The notes below the pieces were generated by a model. That model was not told where the DNA came from, ran no database searches, and was given only the letters and a program-made list of their open reading frames with translations. The translations under genes and the position numbers were made by a program. Positions 58,175 through 64,000 of a DNA stretch of 64,000 nucleotides are shown here, in pieces. How positions within the stretch are numbered: position 1 is the stretch's first letter; each line of letters begins with the position of its first letter. Origin of the DNA: Vitreimonas sp. (GTDB taxonomy: Bacteria; Patescibacteriota; Microgenomatia; UBA1400; PJMF01). Location: assembly GCA_035627515.1 (NCBI GenBank), contig DASPLQ010000012.1, forward strand, positions 327,269 to 391,268, in the 5' to 3' direction.

Positions 58175-59170
58175 TTAAACCTGAATTAACTGTCGACGAA
58201 AAATCCAACCTTTTTTGCCTGATTTAGAATCAATCGTCCTCTCAAGCTTAAAAACAACTGGATTTTCCCAACCCAGTGACACATAATCCCCTTCGCATAC
58301 CAAGTGTTTATCTCCTGGTGTGAGACGAAAATATCCTCTCATTTGATTTGCTGAAGGATAAATATAGGTACCATACTCAGAGTTCATATCTACTACCTGA
58401 ATCTGATCTGCTGCTGTAACTTTAAAAGCGAAATGAGGATTAGAAACCTGACTTTCCTGTTGCTTACTGGCCGTGTCTTTTAACTCAATAGACCAACAAT
58501 TTTTAACTTCAACTTGCCCAAGTTCGCTAGCCGCTGCGCCAACTGCAACCTGGCCTTCAAAGCCAGGGTCGAGAATAATATTATTGAGTTTATCTGCTTT
58601 TACTGGCACTTCTTTGATCTTATGTTCTTGTCGAAGTCTTTCATAAGCCTCAACTCTAAAAGTTTCTACAAAACGAGGCAAAGATAACCTGGTCTCTGCT
58701 GTCATGAGATCAGGTGTCCTCTGAGTAATTAATCGATTGCTCTTTATTCCTACCCATAAATCTTTGAGCACAACTCGTAACTTTATATATGGCAACTCTC
58801 GATCTTGCTCATCAGCAACTTCTAATAAATTATCGATGAAATAAATGCCCACAATTCCTTCTAGAGCACTTTTAATCACACGATTAACCTGAGTAGCTGA
58901 TGCTAGATCAGCACGCCACCTACCTCGAAAATCATAGAGTGGAACCATCATCGGTTCTTGGATAATCCTTTGAACAGTTTCGATGTCATCAGTGCCATCT
59001 AGACGTTCTTGTTTAGATTTAAAGCTTGTGGCTAAGCCTTCCAAAGTAAATTTAACTGCTGGGTCAGGATGCTCCCAAACTCCGCCTAGGCTTTGAATAA
59101 CTACTGAACGTAAATTAGCCATCGCTAAGCGATGTTCTTCAATAGTAATTGGGGCAATGCTTTCAACCAT
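58175..59170 (-). CDS. hypothetical protein, possible FHA-like C-terminal domain
   Basis: C-terminus FAFKVTAADQIQVVDMNSEYGTYIYPSANQ...LTPGDKHLVCEGDYVSLGWENPVVFKLE loosely follows the FHA pattern (G-x-x-N-G-T-x-V/I ... GD-x-I-x-LG). Confidence 0.45.
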   Translation of the reverse strand: MVESIAPITIEEHRLAMANLRSVVIQSLGGVWEHPDPAVKFTLEGLATSFKSKQERLDGTDDIETVQRIIQEPMMVPLYDFRGRWRADLASATQVNRVIKSALEGIVGIYFIDNLLEVADEQDRELPYIKLRVVLKDLWVGIKSNRLITQRTPDLMTAETRLSLPRFVETFRVEAYERLRQEHKIKEVPVKADKLNNIILDPGFEGQVAVGAAASELGQVEVKNCWSIELKDTASKQQESQVSNPHFAFKVTAADQIQVVDMNSEYGTYIYPSANQMRGYFRLTPGDKHLVCEGDYVSLGWENPVVFKLERTIDSKSGKKGWIFRRQLIQV

Positions 59171-59182
59171 GATGTTTAATCT

Positions 59183-60052
59183 TTACTGCGTATTCTTAGT
59201 TGGGTCGATCAACCGCGCATAGCGGAAGTGACGGACTGATGAGTTTAAAAATTTACAGGTGTACATGATCATGTCGGCATCGTAATCAGAGATCTCTGTC
59301 CCCTCTTCACCGGCATAGATTTCATAGACCCATTTCTTTTGGTCGGCAATGATTTCGACAGTATCGCCAGGCTCTAGCTCAGGTAATAGATAAAAAGTGT
59401 TGTACTTCCAGTACTCGTTTTGCCACATCCAGTCCCAGCCATACCGGTGAGCAGCCACAATCATCGGCTGTTTTTTGTCACCAGGTTGACCGTACCCTGG
59501 CACCATCCATACACCTTTATTCAAAGCTTCATCAGGATTTTCTGTTTCTCTCAGCTCAGTGCGGACCCCAATGCGAGGAATCACGATCCAGCGGCCTTGC
59601 GGCAATGTTGGATCAGTAGGCGGCTCATAAGCAGGGGCTGTCACTTCTGGTGCCGTTTGAGCTTGGTCAAAGTTGCCACCTAAGGGTGTTCCACCTTCAG
59701 CAGGCAACGCCACTACTTCTGCCGGAAAGACTGTGTAGTACAGCGCTGGCACCACCACTGCACTGGCAATAATCAACGATAACGCAATAATGGTGTTTAA
59801 CACGCCATTTTTCAGCGTGGACCACACACTGGATTTGGTTTTAGTTTTAGCTACGAAAGGTTGAGCACTCACTGATGAACTGGAATTTGGTCCGCCAGCC
59901 GGCGGATGAGATTTGGGATTTTCAATAGTTTGAGGGTACAGCTGCTCGACAGGTTCTCCGTCCCCCACCAATGCCCGACGAGTATAAGCCTGAGAGATTC
60001 TCAAGAAACTCGGCAGGGTCATCAATTGATATTTTCTAACAACACTCGACAT
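59183..60052 (-). CDS. sortase-family transpeptidase (membrane-anchored)
   Basis: N-terminal TM (LNTIIALSLIIASAVVVPALYY). Candidate catalytic His in IVAAHRYG. Cys in IMYTCKF matches the TLxTC box position, with Arg 8-11 residues downstream (VRHFRYARL). Confidence 0.5.
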   Translation of the reverse strand: MSSVVRKYQLMTLPSFLRISQAYTRRALVGDGEPVEQLYPQTIENPKSHPPAGGPNSSSSVSAQPFVAKTKTKSSVWSTLKNGVLNTIIALSLIIASAVVVPALYYTVFPAEVVALPAEGGTPLGGNFDQAQTAPEVTAPAYEPPTDPTLPQGRWIVIPRIGVRTELRETENPDEALNKGVWMVPGYGQPGDKKQPMIVAAHRYGWDWMWQNEYWKYNTFYLLPELEPGDTVEIIADQKKWVYEIYAGEEGTEISDYDADMIMYTCKFLNSSVRHFRYARLIDPTKNTQ

Positions 60053-60362
60053 AATTAGCTCATATTATATCTTATAATGAGCAAAATATCAAGTTATAGG
60101 CTGTTTGGGTGTTAATAACCCCGAGGCCAAAAGGTATAAAAAAAGGGCAAAAAGTGGAGTAAAGGCCTGCCCAACCCCTACCCCACTTTCCACCCTTTTT
60201 AAAAATGACCCAATTTACACTTCTTAATAGCAGTAAGATATAATTTACTTTGGGCTATTTCCGCGTAAACTTATGTACTATTGAGTTGTTCATTCAAGAA
60301 TCTTAAGGAATGAACCTATTCACCTAAACAGTGAACTAAAAAAAACTCAACATTAAGAAAAA

Positions 60363-60407
60363 AGCATTGTTACTCGTGGTCTGTCCAGCGGTAATAATGC
60401 TTTTTTT
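60363..60407. terminator. orphan bidirectional intrinsic-terminator-like hairpin in the sortase / virD4-like divergent intergenic region
   Basis: agcattgttac (60363-60373) pairs with gtaataatgct (60391-60401): 11 bp with one G-U and a 17-nt loop. TTTTTTGTTT follows on plus. AAGAAAAAA precedes on plus, which gives a U-tract on the minus strand as well. No annotated gene ends nearby. Confidence 0.45.
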
Positions 60408-60691
60408 GTTTATACTCCCTTTTCCGACTTTTGTAAAAAAAATATCAACAAGTTCCTTAACGCAACTTGAAGTATAACGGCGGATGTTTTTGACGTCAAC
60501 CTATAATTTATTGTTAACAAGCATTATCTAAGTCTTATAACAATAATTTTGTTCAATTTAAAGACTAAGAACTTAATTTTATTAACAGTGTTAAATTCTG
60601 AAATAGTCGCTGTGGATAACTTGTGCGCTTCTGGCTTGCCTGGGGTTTCTTCTCTAGTCGACGCCCAGTTAGATAGCTATACTATAAGAGT

Positions 60692-62896
60692 ATGTCCAGT
60701 CCCCATGTGGTTCTCGATATCAGAACTGCCCGCAATTCCGAAACAACTGCTGAAGCACTGACTCAATTTTTTGCGACTCTCCCCTATTTATATGATCAAC
60801 CCTGGTACACGGCTCTAGGACAAGATGAACACTTGTCGCTAGAAATTGTGGTCCTCAACCAAACTATTTATTTTTTAGCGTATGTCCCGGTCCGAGTTCA
60901 AAATTACTTCACCTCTTTGATTCAGGCTACTTACCCCGAGTCTTTAATTACTCCCCTCGATTTTGATCCTCTAGTCAGTTACCTAGTAGAAGGGGCACCA
61001 CTCACGCCTGAAGCTACTCCCACACATCTGGAAATTGGTCATTTAACTCTCAGTGAACACAATCATTATCCTCTGAAAACGATTCACCAGTTTAAAGACA
61101 CTGATTCTTTGTCTCACGTCTTGTCCCTGTTATCTAAGACTGACCCCCAGGATATGATCGGCATCCAAATTGTCCTTCGAGATAGTGGTGAACGCTGGAA
61201 AAATGGGGCACCTCTTTCTCTGTCTAGCCTCGCCCAAGCTACTCTGGCTACAGCGCCAGCTGAAGGCAACACAGCCGAAAAAAGTTCTGGTACCTCTGAT
61301 CAAAAACTTGCCAGTACTGCTTGGCAAACTAGCATCAAACTCTTAGTCCGCTCCAGTAACTATGATCAAGCTTACCTACTACTCGAGACGATTGCTTCGG
61401 CTTACCAATCAACTTCGCATAGTGAGGGGAATACCTTAGTCCTTAAACAACCTTGGTTTTTTAAAAACTGGTTCCTTAACCGAGTCAAAAACCGGACAAT
61501 TGGGTGGGGACCGCGACAACCGCTGACGCTTGAGGAAATGGCTGCTATTTACCATTTCCCTAACAAAAAATTGACCCCCATTCACAACATCGCTTGGGGG
61601 AAACTGCTGCTCGGCGAACCTCCGGAAAACTTGCCGGTGGTCACGAAAGATATGGCAGAAAATCTAAAACGAGATATTAACCCTTTTGCTCGAGTCCTTT
61701 ATAAAAACTCCCATGTGGTCTATGGCCTCAAGCGCGCTGATCGTCGCCGCCACATGTATGTCATCGGAAAAACCGGCACTGGTAAGTCTACCCTTTTGGC
61801 TAACATGGCAATTAATGATCTGAAGAATGATGAGGGGTTGTGTGTCATCGACCCCCATGGTGATTTAGTGGAAACATTACTCAATTACATCCCTTCGCGC
61901 CGGATCAATGATGTGGTGTACTTCGATCCTTCAGACCCTGACCGAACAGTCAAAATTAACCTCTTTGAAGGGCAAAATGTGGTACATCGAGAATTAATTG
62001 CTTCCGGCATTGTCTCGGTCTTCCAGAAGTTGTACTCATACTCATGGGGGCCACGACTTGAGTACATTTTGCGTAATGCGCTGCTGACACTGCTCAAAAC
62101 AGAGAATGCCCGCATGTCGGATATCGTAGATTTATTAGTGGATGATAAATTCCGTGCCAAAACTATCGAAAATCTCGACGACCCCATCTTGCAAACCTTC
62201 TGGACTAAAGAGTTTGATCAAATGCCACCTCGGCTGCGGAGCGAGGCCATCGCTCCGATTCTAAATAAAGTGGGACAATTTGTCTCCTCTCCCCTAGTAC
62301 GCAACGTAGTGAATGCTCACAAAAGTTCTTTTAGCATCGAAGATATTATGGATCAAGGTAAGATCTTATTAGTTAATCTTTCTCAAGGTCGCTTGGGTGA
62401 GGATAATGCTACCCTGCTTGGGGCGATGCTGATCACCAAAATTCAGTTAGCCGCCATGAGCCGCGTCAATGTTGCCGAGGAAGAACGCAAAGATTTTTAC
62501 CTGTATGTGGACGAGTTCCAAAACTTCGCTACACAATCTTTCAACAAAATTCTCTCTGAAGCTCGTAAATACCGTCTTAATTTAACACTGGCTAATCAAT
62601 ACATTGCCCAAATTCCTGAAGATGTGCAGAAAGCTATCTTTGGTAACTGCGGCAGTATTATTAGTTTTGTAATGGGCGCTGATGACGCAGCGGTATTCGA
62701 AAAAGAGTATGGCGAAAAATACAGCAAAGAAGACCTCGTCACGCTCAGTCGCTATCAAATCATCAATAAAATCACTGTCGATGACATCGTCTCACTCCCC
62801 TTCCCTGCTTTGACGTTACCAATTGCTAAGAGTAGCAACCACAATCGCGACAAAGTGGTCAAAGTCAGTCGAGAGCGGTGGGCGACGAAGAAGTAA
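60692..62896 (+). CDS. VirD4/TraG/TrwB-like (TrwB_AAD_bind-type) P-loop ATPase
   Basis: Walker A YVIGKTGTGKSTLL, then CVIDPHGDL. Walker B-like LYVDEFQNF. All-alpha insertion between the motifs. ~730 aa, typical for coupling-protein-like ATPases. Confidence 0.55.
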   Translation: MSSPHVVLDIRTARNSETTAEALTQFFATLPYLYDQPWYTALGQDEHLSLEIVVLNQTIYFLAYVPVRVQNYFTSLIQATYPESLITPLDFDPLVSYLVEGAPLTPEATPTHLEIGHLTLSEHNHYPLKTIHQFKDTDSLSHVLSLLSKTDPQDMIGIQIVLRDSGERWKNGAPLSLSSLAQATLATAPAEGNTAEKSSGTSDQKLASTAWQTSIKLLVRSSNYDQAYLLLETIASAYQSTSHSEGNTLVLKQPWFFKNWFLNRVKNRTIGWGPRQPLTLEEMAAIYHFPNKKLTPIHNIAWGKLLLGEPPENLPVVTKDMAENLKRDINPFARVLYKNSHVVYGLKRADRRRHMYVIGKTGTGKSTLLANMAINDLKNDEGLCVIDPHGDLVETLLNYIPSRRINDVVYFDPSDPDRTVKINLFEGQNVVHRELIASGIVSVFQKLYSYSWGPRLEYILRNALLTLLKTENARMSDIVDLLVDDKFRAKTIENLDDPILQTFWTKEFDQMPPRLRSEAIAPILNKVGQFVSSPLVRNVVNAHKSSFSIEDIMDQGKILLVNLSQGRLGEDNATLLGAMLITKIQLAAMSRVNVAEEERKDFYLYVDEFQNFATQSFNKILSEARKYRLNLTLANQYIAQIPEDVQKAIFGNCGSIISFVMGADDAAVFEKEYGEKYSKEDLVTLSRYQIINKITVDDIVSLPFPALTLPIAKSSNHNRDKVVKVSRERWATKK

Positions 62897-62904
62897 AAAA
62901 TCAC

Positions 62905-62928
62905 AAATTCCAAATTACAAATTTCAAA
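62905..62928. repeat. left arm of 24-bp perfect inverted repeat flanking the four-helix-bundle gene
   Basis: aaattccaaattacaaatttcaaa at 62905-62928. Its exact reverse complement is at 63456-63479. Similarity extends to ~30 bp with 2 mismatches. Starts 9 nt after the virD4-like stop. Confidence 0.7.
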
Positions 62929-62962
62929 TCCCAAACTCAAAACTAGAAATCTTATGCACACA

Positions 62963-63331
62963 TTACTTGTGACTACTTCTTTGTGCCTGCCGCACTCTAG
63001 ACATACTAGCTAGAATAAGTAAAATTTCGTGCGTTTCCTTCCAAAGTTCTCTTAAGTCACTAGACTTTTCAGGATTAGTTTGGGCTAATAGATTTAGCCA
63101 ATACTTTGTTTCCCGAGCTTCTTTTCGGCACACATAAATTTTATGAACAAAGTCTTTTCGACTTTCTGATTCACTAGCTTCACAATAATTAGCTCCAATC
63201 GATGTGCTAGATCTAAGTAACTGTGAAATAATAGCCCGGTTAAGCAGGGTTATATTAATAGTCTTAATAAGCTCAATAATACTAATTGAAAAGTTTCTTG
63301 TTCGTAATTCTAGTGATAGGTAATGAGTCAC
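62963..63331 (-). CDS. four-helix-bundle protein (TIGR02436-like, the family often encoded in 23S rRNA intervening sequences)
   Basis: ...TSIGANYCEASESESRKDFVHKIYVCRKEARETKYWLNLL... is the hallmark motif of this family. 122 aa. Confidence 0.7.
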   Translation of the reverse strand: MTHYLSLELRTRNFSISIIELIKTINITLLNRAIISQLLRSSTSIGANYCEASESESRKDFVHKIYVCRKEARETKYWLNLLAQTNPEKSSDLRELWKETHEILLILASMSRVRQAQRSSHK

Positions 63332-63455
63332 ATTTTAATTTTGCAACTAAAACCTTTACTTTAGCTTTACTTAGGTCTTTTGAGTGTGTCTGGTGAAAGT
63401 TAAAATTGTGGCCTTTGTGATTTGAAACTCTGATAAGCCAGCTGGTAAATTGGAT

Positions 63456-63479
63456 TTTGAAATTTGTAATTTGGAATTT
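63456..63479. repeat. right arm of the 24-bp inverted repeat
   Basis: tttgaaatttgtaatttggaattt at 63456-63479. Ends 4 nt before the radA stop codon (63484-63486). Confidence 0.7.
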
Positions 63480-63483
63480 AGAC

Positions 63484-64000
63484 TCAAATCAACCCCAGTT
63501 CCTTCAACACTTCCCTCACTCGCCCATGAGTTTTTCGGGAAATGATTTTGGTAAAGCCGAGGCGCTGGGCTTCTTTGACTCGCTGCTCGAGGTAACTAAC
63601 CGAACGGATCTCCCCGAGTAAACCAACTTCGCCGATAAATACCGTTTTATCCGACAGCGGTTTATTTTTAAGTGAGCTGGCTACAGCTACCGCCAGTCCC
63701 AAATCGACAGCTGGTTCCCGAATCGTGAAGCCACCTGCAGCAGAGAGAAAAATGTCAGTTGTGCCCAGAGGTAAACCACAATGTTTTTGCAAGACAGCGG
63801 CTAACACTTGAATCCGGTTGAGTTCTATCCCCCGCCCCACCCGTCGTGGCATAGCCAGTTGAGAGCTGACAACTAAGGCTTGAACCTCAGCTAATAAAGG
63901 CCGAGTGCCTTCCATCACACACACCGTGGAGGAACCTGGCACGGGTTTGTCAGTATGTTCCAAAAATAATTCACTGGGATTAGCGACCTCCTCTAAGCCA
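63484..64000 (-). CDS. radA: DNA repair protein RadA/Sms, C-terminal part (gene start lies beyond the window end)
   Basis: ...DKPVPGSSTVCVMEGTRPLLAEVQALVVSS...PRRVGRGIELNRIQVLAAVLQKH...LPLGTTDIFLSAAGGFTIREPAVDLGLAVAVASS is the RadA ATPase-to-Lon-like-domain junction and Lon-like C-terminal domain. The reading frame stays open through position 64000. Confidence 0.7.
   Translation of the reverse strand, partial: GLEEVANPSELFLEHTDKPVPGSSTVCVMEGTRPLLAEVQALVVSSQLAMPRRVGRGIELNRIQVLAAVLQKHCGLPLGTTDIFLSAAGGFTIREPAVDLGLAVAVASSLKNKPLSDKTVFIGEVGLLGEIRSVSYLEQRVKEAQRLGFTKIISRKTHGRVREVLKELGLI

Overview
About 64 kb of a roughly 50% GC bacterial chromosome with a single-membrane (Gram-positive-type) envelope gene set. 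It holds a sortase, LysM-M23 peptidase, Csc/WxL-like surface cluster, type IV pilins and comEC/comEA. Together with two giant genes, this fits a small-genome episymbiont-like lineage such as a CPR/Saccharibacteria-like or other Terrabacteria organism. That placement is an inference, not demonstrated. Housekeeping genes are argS, leuS, obg, rho and radA (partial at the window end). The accessory content is dominated by a contiguous plus-strand block (20462-48958). It has a 4918-aa giant protein with an N-terminal recombinase core-binding-like domain and long near-identical tandem repeats. This is followed by a 3713-aa giant protein with multiple LamG-like lectin modules, beta-propeller-like repeats, a glycine-rich block and FN3 repeats. 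Small secreted proteins follow, including a phage tail-collar (MdpB-like) domain protein. Other loci worth a second look: a seven-gene operon resembling Csc/WxL cell-surface clusters of lactic acid bacteria (10683-18213); a three-pilin operon facing a Wzy_C-TPR membrane protein; a T-box-like leader upstream of argS; a hairpin switch in the leuS leader; comEC split into two overlapping ORFs; a low-GC island carrying a PaaX-like gene; and a four-helix-bundle protein gene flanked by 24-bp perfect inverted repeats between virD4-like and radA. No rRNA, tRNA, CRISPR array or transposase was recognised. All calls come from reading the ORF translations and the sequence; no searches were run.
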